DNA of 64,000 nucleotides from an uncultured Gammaproteobacteria bacterium (GCA_964504365.1 CAZDDW010000001.1:68293-132292), one strand, 5' to 3'. Numbered from the stretch's first letter, positions 30,521 through 39,246 are shown. Made by a program: numbers and translations. Notes: generated by a model from the letters alone, not told the origin.

Positions 30521-30549
30521 TTGACAGTGCTTTTTTGCCATGATGAACT
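30521..30549 (+). promoter_or_regulatory. Candidate promoter for the long leader and M23 gene
   Basis: TTGACA-17-TGAACT with TG extension; shares TTGACAGTGCT with the promoter at 29163. Confidence 0.5.
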
Positions 30550-30555
30550 GAGAGT

Positions 30556-30925
30556 AGGAATTCCAAACACATTCATATTTGAACCTTTCAATCTAGGGTT
30601 AGGCAAAAGACTTGCGAGGTCTTTGCCACGGGCGATTCTTAAAACGAGATCTTGTTTACCCGGGCATTCTGTTCTTGGTAGGAAACTTTTATGACCCTCA
30701 GGTCATGCTAAGACAGGGTAATCGACAAACAGGAAAACGTTTACACACTTGGATTGTTTAATAGTATGCGGGTTGGGGGGAGCCAACTGTAGCTATTAGA
30801 TGATCAACAAGTGGGGCTCCCACGCCCCCGAGACCAGCTGTTCAATTACGGCTCCCATGGTCCCGGAGGCGACCGATCTATTCCAGATCGGCCCGTCTCT
30901 TGTTTTTCCAAACAAGGGATTTGTA
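30556..30925 (+). ncRNA. Candidate structured ncRNA / long 5' leader
   Basis: Many stems: GGCAAAAGAC/GTCTTTGCC, ATGACC/GGTCAT, TTACCC/GGGTAA, GGGAGCC/GGCTCCC, AGCTGT/ACGGCT, CCGATCT/AGATCGG, TCTCTTGTTT/AAACAAGGGA. Confidence 0.55.
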
Positions 30926-32920
30926 ATGCGTCTGTTTTACCTGTGTGTTTCTTCTGTCTTGGTGGTGCTGCTTGGTGCACTGGCCTGTAATAACATCGTG
31001 CCCATGGGTGGGTCAGATGATCCGCCGACCAGCGATGGTGGGTTGGGCGGTGATGTCCAGCCACTGCCCGAAGGTGTTTTCCAACTACCTTTTGCGTCTG
31101 GTGAAATCCATCTTTGTACTCAAGGGGTTGGTGGCAGTTACTCTCATGATGCGGCTTCAACCTGGTGTGGTTTGGATCTGGATTCTTCAAACAGTGCTTA
31201 CGAGGAGTTGTACGCTCCAGCAAGCGGCATTGCTTACGTGCACTACGACAACTCGGATACTGGGTTTGGTTACCACATCAACATCGACCTTGGTGATGGG
31301 ACTTACTTTGTTCTTGGGCACATGGCTGAGATTTTTCTTGAGGACGCCAGTGAGGTGGTTGTTGGGATGTTGCTTGGTTACGAGGGGTGCACTGGTAGTT
31401 GCACCGGTGATCATGTGCATTTCGACTTGCATGAGGGCGATGCTACCATGATGGCCCAACACGGCACTTCAATACCAACTAGTTACTACGTGACCGATGC
31501 AACCAGTGGCAGTGAGTACATGCATCTGCCCAGTGATCAGTTTGTCTGCGATCTGTACTCTGGCCATTACTACGAGTCACACCTGACCGTAAATACCTGG
31601 CATCCAGATGGCACGCTTCTAATCTACCCGTCCAGCGGGGAAGTCTTCGTGGTTGACCGTGGTCAGTTGCACTGGATCGAGAACGAGGAAGTGTTTTGGA
31701 GCTATGGCTTTGACTTTGCTGATGCGGTGGCTATTTCTGAGCGTGAGTTGTGGTGTTGGGAAGAGTCTGGTCAGAGTATTTCTGAGCCAACTGAATATCG
31801 CTCTGTTGAAGACGAAGATGGAGTGACTTGGTTGGTTTATGAACTTGCTGACAACCCTGGTCGTTATCGACAGGTTGTTCCTGACGAGGTGTATCCGGAG
31901 ATCTTGAATAGCTGGGGTGTGAGTATCACCACGACTTACGCGCACGAAGATGGAGCGGCCATGCTATCTGACTATCCAGTGGCCACTGGTTGGGCCCGTT
32001 TGCGTGACGGTACCCTGGTTCAGGAGATCGGATCAAGCACGATCTATGTCGTGCACGAGGGCTATGCCTTGCCGATCAAGGATTGGGAAACCTATCTGAT
32101 GCTCGGCTTTGGTGATCGCTTTGTGTTCGAGGTACCAAGTGGCACACTTGGTTATGCTGTTTCTGAGATCGGAAGCTGTGATGCCAATGTTGGCTGTATC
32201 GGAATAGAGACGGTCACTGGTTGTGGTGGGGATCTGTCGATTGACTTTGTTGACGACGATCCGGTGTTCGAAGATGATGACGACGTGGTAGATGATGATG
32301 ATTCTGAATCGTCTGCTGACGATGACGATGACTCAGATACGACCGGGGACGACGATGACACAGTCGATCTCGGGGACGACGATGACATCGTTGATGATGA
32401 CGATGACACAACCGAGCTCAGCGATGACGACGACAGCTTTGGTGATGACGACATCGCCGACGATGATACAACAGAGATCACGGATGATGATGACGACACC
32501 GAGCCCTTGGGGGATGACGATGACACGACTGAGGAAGAGGTGGTCGAACCAGATCCGGATTGGCTGTTGTTAGAGATCGAGGCCACGCTCTCTGGAGCGC
32601 CGGCTGATTACGTCGAACTTTCAGGCGAGCTGCTCGATCAGCACGACACTCCTGCTGGGGGTGGCTTCTGGTGGGCAGCGCTCGAGACCGTGTATGACGA
32701 AAACACAGTTTACTGGTCTGCCTATGTCCAGAATGAGTGGAGCTTTCGCTACTCTGTCGAATACGAACGCTACGGCGTGACTTCATGGAGCTGTTTGGCC
32801 CCGTTCCCTCCAGGTACAATCACCATGACGGTTGATGCCCGGCTTGAAGGTCAGACCATCACGACCGAAGCTATTGATAACCACCTGGGTGGTTGTGAAC
32901 TATATGTTCCAGTGCCATGA
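30926..32920 (+). CDS. M23 family peptidase lipoprotein with CPR-type surface repeat domains and Asp-rich linker
   Basis: LGALAC lipobox-like, H...GLD, GFGYHINI, GHM, TG.CTGDHVHF (HxH); ATG 30926 gives a clean signal peptide. Confidence 0.85.
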   Translation: MRLFYLCVSSVLVVLLGALACNNIVPMGGSDDPPTSDGGLGGDVQPLPEGVFQLPFASGEIHLCTQGVGGSYSHDAASTWCGLDLDSSNSAYEELYAPASGIAYVHYDNSDTGFGYHINIDLGDGTYFVLGHMAEIFLEDASEVVVGMLLGYEGCTGSCTGDHVHFDLHEGDATMMAQHGTSIPTSYYVTDATSGSEYMHLPSDQFVCDLYSGHYYESHLTVNTWHPDGTLLIYPSSGEVFVVDRGQLHWIENEEVFWSYGFDFADAVAISERELWCWEESGQSISEPTEYRSVEDEDGVTWLVYELADNPGRYRQVVPDEVYPEILNSWGVSITTTYAHEDGAAMLSDYPVATGWARLRDGTLVQEIGSSTIYVVHEGYALPIKDWETYLMLGFGDRFVFEVPSGTLGYAVSEIGSCDANVGCIGIETVTGCGGDLSIDFVDDDPVFEDDDDVVDDDDSESSADDDDDSDTTGDDDDTVDLGDDDDIVDDDDDTTELSDDDDSFGDDDIADDDTTEITDDDDDTEPLGDDDDTTEEEVVEPDPDWLLLEIEATLSGAPADYVELSGELLDQHDTPAGGGFWWAALETVYDENTVYWSAYVQNEWSFRYSVEYERYGVTSWSCLAPFPPGTITMTVDARLEGQTITTEAIDNHLGGCELYVPVP

Positions 32921-32950
32921 GGTGTGGTTATACGGAAGACAACTCACTTC

Positions 32951-32976
32951 GACCCGATTAACCATCGGGTCTTTTT
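32951..32976 (+). terminator. Intrinsic terminator after the M23 gene
   Basis: GACCCGAT...ATCGGGTC followed by TTTTT. Confidence 0.75.
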
Positions 32977-32986
32977 ACTCTCTAAC

Positions 32987-33028
32987 CTACAACCAAAAGA
33001 TAACCGATCGGATATATTTTGGTTGTAG
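32987..33028. repeat. 42-bp near-perfect palindrome upstream of the PaaX-like gene
   Basis: CTACAACCAAAAGATAACCGATCGGATATATTTTGGTTGTAG (2 mismatched pairs). Confidence 0.9.
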
Positions 33029-33040
33029 TAGTGTAAAGAA

Positions 33041-33571
33041 ATGCAAAATAAATCGTATACAAAAAAAGAATTAGATCGACTTGTAAAAGAAATGCAATTG
33101 CTTGAGCGGCCGCTGTCTCAATGGGACTCCAATGCTTTAAAAGGTCATATTAGTCATCGAGCAAAGGTTGCGGCCCAAAAAAGGCTGAATCGACGGATTG
33201 AACAATATGATCGGTTGCGTGCACAGAAAAATCTGGTTGAACAAGGTTTGTTGAACCTTGAAAGGATAGGTAATCGAGTATATGCATCTCTGACCTTTAA
33301 TGGTCATATTGAGGCCTTAAAGGGGAGAATAATGAGTTCAGATAATAAATTGCCAGATGGTAGAGAATGTCTGGTTAGCTTTGATGTTCCGGAACATGTC
33401 AGGAATGTGCGCTGGCATATTCGTAGATTACTAAAGAATGCTGGATTTGAAATGGTTCATAAAAGCCTTTGGAAAAGCAAAAGTGATGTAGTTAAAGATT
33501 TTGTTGAGCTTATCGGATATCTTGGTATACAAGACTGGATTAAGGTTTACGTGGCAGAGCAAAAAACTTGA
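33041..33571 (+). CDS. PaaX-like / Cas2-fold protein
   Basis: Helical N-terminus, LVSFDVPEHVRNVRWHIRRLLKNAGFEMVHKSLW matches the PaaX central/Cas2-like ferredoxin motif. Confidence 0.75.
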   Translation: MQNKSYTKKELDRLVKEMQLLERPLSQWDSNALKGHISHRAKVAAQKRLNRRIEQYDRLRAQKNLVEQGLLNLERIGNRVYASLTFNGHIEALKGRIMSSDNKLPDGRECLVSFDVPEHVRNVRWHIRRLLKNAGFEMVHKSLWKSKSDVVKDFVELIGYLGIQDWIKVYVAEQKT

Positions 33572-33612
33572 TGTTACCAAAAAATTGCCGGTCGGTTATC
33601 TTTTGGTTGCAC
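33571..33612. repeat. Related palindrome downstream of the PaaX-like gene (inverted copy)
   Basis: TCGGTTATCTTTTGGTTG (18 bp) is identical to the reverse complement of the upstream element. Confidence 0.85.
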
Positions 33613-33711
33613 ATGTTTTGTGTGAGGTGTTGTAAGGATATAAATTAAGCTTAAAATGATCCACATTTAAGCAAGCAAAGCTGGTAAAATTATGCTATAC
33701 TAAGAACACGT

Positions 33712-36552
33712 ATGAAGCGCTTAATTATAAGGGCAACATCCTTCTTGTTAAGGTTAAAAGAAAGCAAAACAAAACCGTGGTTGGTTTTGGTCGGATTTGG
33801 TGTTGTTTTAACAGCCATTTTTTTGTTGCCTGAAGTTGTGTTTGCAACAGGTGAAGTAGGAGGAGAACCATCCGTAGTTGGTTTCATGGAGATGGCTATT
33901 GCCTGGATTGCGGGGTTCTTGGTTACTGTGGCCAAGATTCTTGGTTTAGGAATCGTTACTTTAATCAGTTTGATCATTGTACCGGTAATGCAGTACAACA
34001 ACTTTGCTAACTCAGCTGTGGTTGGTACAGGTTGGGCTGTTGTTCGTGACACAATGAACATTGGTTTTGTTATCGTGTTGCTCGTGATTGCTTTTGGAAC
34101 AATTATCGCTGGTGAATCAGGGTTTGGCGGACGTTTTAATTGGAAACAGAATTTACCGCGATTATTAATTTTTGCCATCTTGATCAACTTCAGCAGAATG
34201 CTTTGTGGACTAATGATTGATTTTGGTCAGGTGGTCATGCTGACTTTTGTAAATGCTATTCGTGATGTGGCTGGTGGAAACTTTATTCAACTGTTTGGTC
34301 TCCAAGATATAATTTCGATTAGCTCTAGTACGGTTGAGGACATGATTAATCAGGGTGAAGGACTAGACTCTTTTTGGTTGTTAGCATCGGCATTTGCTGC
34401 TGCTTTTATGATGGGTGTTGTTTTCCTAACCCTGATCTTCCTTTGCGTAATCTTGGTAATCCGCATCGTGACTCTTTGGATTTTGGTCGTGCTTTCACCA
34501 ATAGCATTTTTCCTAGGTGGTGCTGAAAAAACTTTAGGTAGTCAAGCTGGGGGAATGTACGCCGAGTGGTGGAAAAATTTTACGTCAATGGTTTTGATCG
34601 GTCCAGTTCTGGTTTTCTTCTTATGGTTAGCTTTGGCTGTGGCCGGAAGCGGGAGCATTGCCGCTTCAGAAGGTTTTACAACAACTAACTCTGGTGAAGC
34701 GGCTGGTTCGGCCGGTATTCCATTAGCAATTTTCGAAATGGATAAACTGATCAGCTTTGTTATTGGTATTGGTTTGCTTTGGGCTGGTTTTGATGCTGCT
34801 GGACGTATTGCTGGTGGCATGCCTGGTCAAGTTAAAGGAATTGTTAGTAGTTTGATTAAACCACAAGACGCTTTGCGCATGACTCAACGTTTGGCCATGA
34901 AAGGAGTTGGTGCTGTTGCCCCTGTGGCTGGTTTAGCTGCCGGGGGAGTTGGTTTGGCTGCTAGGGGAACAGGAAAAGTTGTTGCCGCACCGATCAAAGC
35001 AGGTGTGGCCGTAGGTAAGGCTGGTGTTGGTGTTGCAAAATGGGGTGCAAAAACAGGATACGCCGGTGCCAAGTGGGGTGCAAAAACAGGATACGCCGGT
35101 GCCAAGTGGGGTGCTAAGAAAGCAAAACCGTATGCGACCCAGATTCCAATTGGTAAAGGTAAAAAAGTTCAAGATATTGATAAAGTAGTTTCTGGCGAGG
35201 TGGCTAAGGCTGGAGACTGGTTGAAAACAAAAGGTGTTGCTGGTCGTTTTGCTGGTCGATATGTTAAGTCCAAGGCAACAACTCGAGTGCAGTCTCAGTA
35301 CAAAAAAGAACGTGAAGACGCTCAGGCACAGATGGGAAATTTTGCCGGTATGACCAAGGACGAAGTTTTGGAAGAAGCTCGCCGTGTTGCGGTTACACCT
35401 GAGGGACGAGCCCGTCAGCGCGCTGCTCGTTTGTATGCCAGGACAAATGGAAATATTCGCCGAAAGATGAGCACTGATGAGTATGCAGAGATGGTTGAAA
35501 GGGATAAAAAAGATGGGGCTGATAAGATGTGGAAAGGTGACAAGGCTACTAACAAGGAACTCAAAGATGCAGACTTGGCACGTATTGATGCGATTAAGGA
35601 CCCAGACCGAAGGAAGAAGGTAATGAAAGGGAAAACAGATGCAGAGGTCGTCAAAGGTTTGGACTCAACAGCTATTTCTGACGATGATACAGGGGAAGTA
35701 TGGAAGATGCTTGATGATCCAAAAAAGAAAATACGGCACGCAAACAAGGATTACACCGGAGCTGAATATCTTGAAAAATTTGGTACGTCTGCCCAGAAGG
35801 CAGCCGTTAAGAAGGTGAAAGGTATCGATGCCGATGCACAAGCCAAACTAGTTAGTGATCATGGACACTCAGCAACCACGGCTAGTGGAAAAGTTGCAGG
35901 TGCAAACCATGCCACAAAGCGATACTGGGCTGAAAATAATCCAGAGAAAATGTCATCTTCCGGATTGGCGGCTGATGGTGGTCAGTTAGCAGCTGAAATT
36001 GCCAAAGATACCAATAATCCAAAAAAGGCTGCGTTCTTGCGGGAGATTGAGGGTGATAAACAAAAGAAGGCTGCGTTCTTGGCTGGAACAGCTGGTAAGG
36101 GAACCACAAGTGCTGAGACGGCAAATATCCAGGCCAGCAGCTATGTAGTTAGTGGCGGGAACTTAAGTCAGTTGGGAAGCAACAGTGCAGAACGTCGAGG
36201 AGCGATTGATGCTTTGAAAGGAATTGATGCAGCCGCAATTGGTCAGCTAGCTGCGCAATCAGCAAACAAAACAATGCGGGCTCGCAACCCTGCTGATGGT
36301 GCTGCAGCATCAGCAGTATTTACAGATTTATTCAGTCAGATTGATAGTGCATATGTTTCTGGGCTAGATACCACTCACGGTTCTGCTGGTACATCGGATG
36401 AGGACAAGGCGGCTCTTGAAGGCACGGTCAGACAGTTGCTAACCACAATCACCCAGGCACAGAAAAAACGCATGGCTCCTGCTTCAGCCCCTGCGATGAC
36501 CACGCTTCAGAGTCAGTTACAAACAACCTTGAGCGCAATGAAGGCTCGATAA
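33712..36552 (+). CDS. VirB6/TrbL-like polytopic membrane protein with long basic C-terminal tail
   Basis: GWAVVRDTMN, LPRLLIFAILINFS, RIVTLWILVVLSPIAF, WW..F; upstream of PrgI/VirB4. Confidence 0.75.
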   Translation: MKRLIIRATSFLLRLKESKTKPWLVLVGFGVVLTAIFLLPEVVFATGEVGGEPSVVGFMEMAIAWIAGFLVTVAKILGLGIVTLISLIIVPVMQYNNFANSAVVGTGWAVVRDTMNIGFVIVLLVIAFGTIIAGESGFGGRFNWKQNLPRLLIFAILINFSRMLCGLMIDFGQVVMLTFVNAIRDVAGGNFIQLFGLQDIISISSSTVEDMINQGEGLDSFWLLASAFAAAFMMGVVFLTLIFLCVILVIRIVTLWILVVLSPIAFFLGGAEKTLGSQAGGMYAEWWKNFTSMVLIGPVLVFFLWLALAVAGSGSIAASEGFTTTNSGEAAGSAGIPLAIFEMDKLISFVIGIGLLWAGFDAAGRIAGGMPGQVKGIVSSLIKPQDALRMTQRLAMKGVGAVAPVAGLAAGGVGLAARGTGKVVAAPIKAGVAVGKAGVGVAKWGAKTGYAGAKWGAKTGYAGAKWGAKKAKPYATQIPIGKGKKVQDIDKVVSGEVAKAGDWLKTKGVAGRFAGRYVKSKATTRVQSQYKKEREDAQAQMGNFAGMTKDEVLEEARRVAVTPEGRARQRAARLYARTNGNIRRKMSTDEYAEMVERDKKDGADKMWKGDKATNKELKDADLARIDAIKDPDRRKKVMKGKTDAEVVKGLDSTAISDDDTGEVWKMLDDPKKKIRHANKDYTGAEYLEKFGTSAQKAAVKKVKGIDADAQAKLVSDHGHSATTASGKVAGANHATKRYWAENNPEKMSSSGLAADGGQLAAEIAKDTNNPKKAAFLREIEGDKQKKAAFLAGTAGKGTTSAETANIQASSYVVSGGNLSQLGSNSAERRGAIDALKGIDAAAIGQLAAQSANKTMRARNPADGAAASAVFTDLFSQIDSAYVSGLDTTHGSAGTSDEDKAALEGTVRQLLTTITQAQKKRMAPASAPAMTTLQSQLQTTLSAMKAR
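35041..35114 (+). repeat. 33-bp in-frame tandem repeat (two full copies plus 8 bp)
   Basis: TGGGGTGCAAAAACAGGATACGCCGGTGCCAAG, encoding WGAKTGYAGAK. Confidence 0.95.
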
Positions 36553-36562
36553 ACATATTTCT

Positions 36563-38119
36563 ATGGCCCTTAAAAGGGAGGAATTACCAGCCAAAGTACA
36601 AAGCTTTTTGGAAAGCCCAGATTTAACCCAAAAAGCTTTTGATATTATTGAGAAGTATCAGGTGCCAGATGAGCAAAGTGGAGAAGTGGCATATATTATT
36701 GAGTGTGAGAATGAACAGGGTCAAATTCTTGATAAGAATTTACTGGCAAAGATCCCGCAAAGACTGCAAAAACTTACTGGATTAGATCCAGCTAAAGCAC
36801 AACAAATGGCAGTGGATTTGGTTGGAGCTTGGTTGTTGCCAATTGAAGATCAGGTTGGTGGAGTATCAGAGCTATTGAGTCAGTGGGGAGGTAAGCCTGG
36901 AGAGCATTCTGTAAAACAGGTTTCTAGAACAAATGTTACTGCTGATGAATTAGTTCGTGGTGTGGTGGAGGAGATGGGAATAAAATTTGAAGAGCCGGCA
37001 ATGGACAAACGACTGATCTTTATCTTGACTACCATGGCGCGCGGTGTTCGAACTGATTTGGATGTAATCAAGGCCTTGTCACGAAATAAAAAAGTAGGTG
37101 GTTTAGAAATGGAAGAAGGGCAGGCTAAGGAGATAGTTCAAAAGATAAAGTCGCATATTAGTGGATCTAAATTAGAAGAAGATAAGCCGGTGAGTGCTGA
37201 GGTAAAGCTTCCACCAAAGCGTGAAGTGCCCCCACCTCCAAAGTTTGATGCAACTGTAATTTCAAAACAGGACGAACAAGAGGCAGCCGCATTGGTAAAG
37301 AAGGTTACAAAAGTAGCCCAATCAATTTCAATCGAAGATGGGGTTAAGAGAGTAATCGAAGAGGTTGGTGGGCGTTTTAAAGATGAAAAAAGTAAAAAGC
37401 GTTTTGAAAAAATTGTTGATAGTCGATTGCGTGAAGTGCGTGATGCTTTTACAACGCGCACAGCACTTGAAGATCCAGTAGCCAAAGGTGGTTTGAATTT
37501 GAAAGGGAAAGAGCTGGTTGAGATCTTGCAGTCAATCGAAAAAGCCTTTGACGATTCACATCGAGTCATTGCTGAAAAGGCTGTTAAAGAAAAACAGAAG
37601 TTTGAGAAAAAGCAGGTGGAGAAAAAGCAGCAAGCAGAAGCTGATAAAGCAGAGGCCCTTGATCGACGCTATGCCAAGATGACTGGTCGACCAGCCAAGC
37701 AGCCACCAGCTGCAGTGCAGACCGAGATGTCACCGGCCAGTGTTCCGCCAAAGGGAACTAAACCAGCAGTTCAGGACATTGCTCCAGCTAGAAAGTTGGC
37801 TGGTCCAGTGCAAGAACTGGAGAATATGGATTTGGTTGGTTTCCGTCGCTTGGCTCAAGATCCAAACGAAGCCATCTTGAAAATAAAGGATAAGATTGAG
37901 CTGCTAGAATCAGAATCATATGCCAAGCGGATCGCTGGTGTTAAGGGTTGGCAAAGTAGTCCAGTAAATAAAATGTACGTTGATTTAACTCGTCAGGCCT
38001 TGGTCACGGGTAAACCTATTGAACAAGTGGCAGCTGCTAAACAAAAAGGCGGCAGTGACTCATTAAGCAAAGAAGAGATTCAAGCAATCATGAAACTGAA
38101 CAATCAGCTCAGATTCTGA
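36563..38119 (+). CDS. Conserved hypothetical protein of the T4SS-like cluster
   Basis: Long ORF in operon; two internal repeats VR......AL.....GGL. Confidence 0.7.
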   Translation: MALKREELPAKVQSFLESPDLTQKAFDIIEKYQVPDEQSGEVAYIIECENEQGQILDKNLLAKIPQRLQKLTGLDPAKAQQMAVDLVGAWLLPIEDQVGGVSELLSQWGGKPGEHSVKQVSRTNVTADELVRGVVEEMGIKFEEPAMDKRLIFILTTMARGVRTDLDVIKALSRNKKVGGLEMEEGQAKEIVQKIKSHISGSKLEEDKPVSAEVKLPPKREVPPPPKFDATVISKQDEQEAAALVKKVTKVAQSISIEDGVKRVIEEVGGRFKDEKSKKRFEKIVDSRLREVRDAFTTRTALEDPVAKGGLNLKGKELVEILQSIEKAFDDSHRVIAEKAVKEKQKFEKKQVEKKQQAEADKAEALDRRYAKMTGRPAKQPPAAVQTEMSPASVPPKGTKPAVQDIAPARKLAGPVQELENMDLVGFRRLAQDPNEAILKIKDKIELLESESYAKRIAGVKGWQSSPVNKMYVDLTRQALVTGKPIEQVAAAKQKGGSDSLSKEEIQAIMKLNNQLRF

Positions 38120-38131
38120 TAGTATATAAGT

Positions 38132-38563
38132 ATGGAACGATTTGTAGTACCACAATTTATTGATGTAGAAGACAAGATTATTGGTCCTGTAACAACACGC
38201 CAGTTTGTTTTAATGTTGTTTCCAGCCCTGACCGGAGGACTGTTTTTCAAGATTTTTGATTTCTCCTTGTTCCTTCTGGTTACAATCCCAATGGTAATCG
38301 CTTTTGGCTTACTTGCTTTTTTCAAAGTCAACGGCATGCCTTTACATTTTTTCTTATTAAATTTGTTGCAGAGCTTGCGTAAACCGACTTTAAGAGTGTG
38401 GGACAAAAATTTACAGGACGATGAGATTCGGCTGAGGCTTAAAGTTGAAAAAGTTGCACCTCCACCCTCACCCCCACGCAAAGCCCCAATTTCACGCAGC
38501 CGCTTACACGAGCTGACCTTAGTAGTAAATACTGGTGGCGTTTATCAACCAGAGGAAGAATAG
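38132..38563 (+). CDS. PrgI family protein (VirB3-like)
   Basis: VPQFIDVEDKIIGPVTTRQF, two TMs. Confidence 0.88.
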   Translation: MERFVVPQFIDVEDKIIGPVTTRQFVLMLFPALTGGLFFKIFDFSLFLLVTIPMVIAFGLLAFFKVNGMPLHFFLLNLLQSLRKPTLRVWDKNLQDDEIRLRLKVEKVAPPPSPPRKAPISRSRLHELTLVVNTGGVYQPEEE

Positions 38564-38564
38564 T

Positions 38565-39245
38565 ATGCAATCAAAAAAATTAGCTAAAGCCAAACCAGGA
38601 CCAGCCACGCAGCGCTATCTTGATATTGCTGAGATCCGTGAGGATGTGGTCGTTCTTAAGGATGGGACCATGCGAGCTGTGATTATGGTTTCAAGTCTCA
38701 ACTTTGCCCTAAAGTCGGAAGATGAACAAACGGCCCTTATTCAATCTTACATGTCTTTTCTCAACGGTCTTGAGTTTCCGCTTCAGATAGTTATTCAGTC
38801 ACGTCGGATGAATATTGATTCTTATATAACTTCTTTAAAAACACAGGGTAAGAAAACAGAGAATGATGCTTTGCGAGCTCAGATTGGTGATTATTTAAGC
38901 TTTATTCAGGAGCTGGTTACTTTGGGCGAGATTATGCAAAAACGGTTCTATGTAGTTGTTCCTTATGACCCTAAGAGAAATAAGGCCAAGAGTTTTTGGC
39001 AACGTTTGGCCTCCGCTGTTTCACCAATTGCCAGATTGAAGTTAAAAGGTAAAGAGTTTGACGAGCGAAAAGATGAGTTGGTTAGTCGAGCTCAGCTGAT
39101 ACTTGGTCAGCTGAACAGCATGGGTCTACAAGCGGTTCCTTTGGATACTCAAGGTTTGATTGAATTGTACTATACTGTATACAACCCTGATATTTTTGAC
39201 ACAGAAAAGTTAGAGGATATAAGTAAGATAAGAGTTGACGAGTAA
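38565..39245 (+). CDS. T4SS-associated protein (VirB4 N-terminal/TraC-like)
   Basis: NFALKSEDEQ, FLNGLEFPLQI, FYVVVPY; lies between PrgI and the ATPase. Confidence 0.75.
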   Translation: MQSKKLAKAKPGPATQRYLDIAEIREDVVVLKDGTMRAVIMVSSLNFALKSEDEQTALIQSYMSFLNGLEFPLQIVIQSRRMNIDSYITSLKTQGKKTENDALRAQIGDYLSFIQELVTLGEIMQKRFYVVVPYDPKRNKAKSFWQRLASAVSPIARLKLKGKEFDERKDELVSRAQLILGQLNSMGLQAVPLDTQGLIELYYTVYNPDIFDTEKLEDISKIRVDE

Positions 39246-39246
39246 T

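Noticed and set aside
30596-30680. c-di-GMP-I riboswitch (GGCAAA stem start)
   Set aside because: Lacks the GAAA tetraloop and GACGCAAAG junction pattern
30506-30925. ORF 30506-30694 and the N-terminal extension of the M23 ORF from 30800
   Set aside because: The short ORF overlaps the promoter, neither start has a clear RBS, the region is stem-rich, and ATG 30926 gives a proper signal peptide
27253-32819. Ser-rich, Met/Thr-rich and His/Arg-rich overlapping ORFs
   Set aside because: Alternate-frame or antisense shadows of GAC/GAT Asp repeats
33041-33571. Bona fide cas2 / CRISPR-Cas locus
   Set aside because: No cas1, effector genes or array; length and N-terminal extension fit PaaX-like proteins
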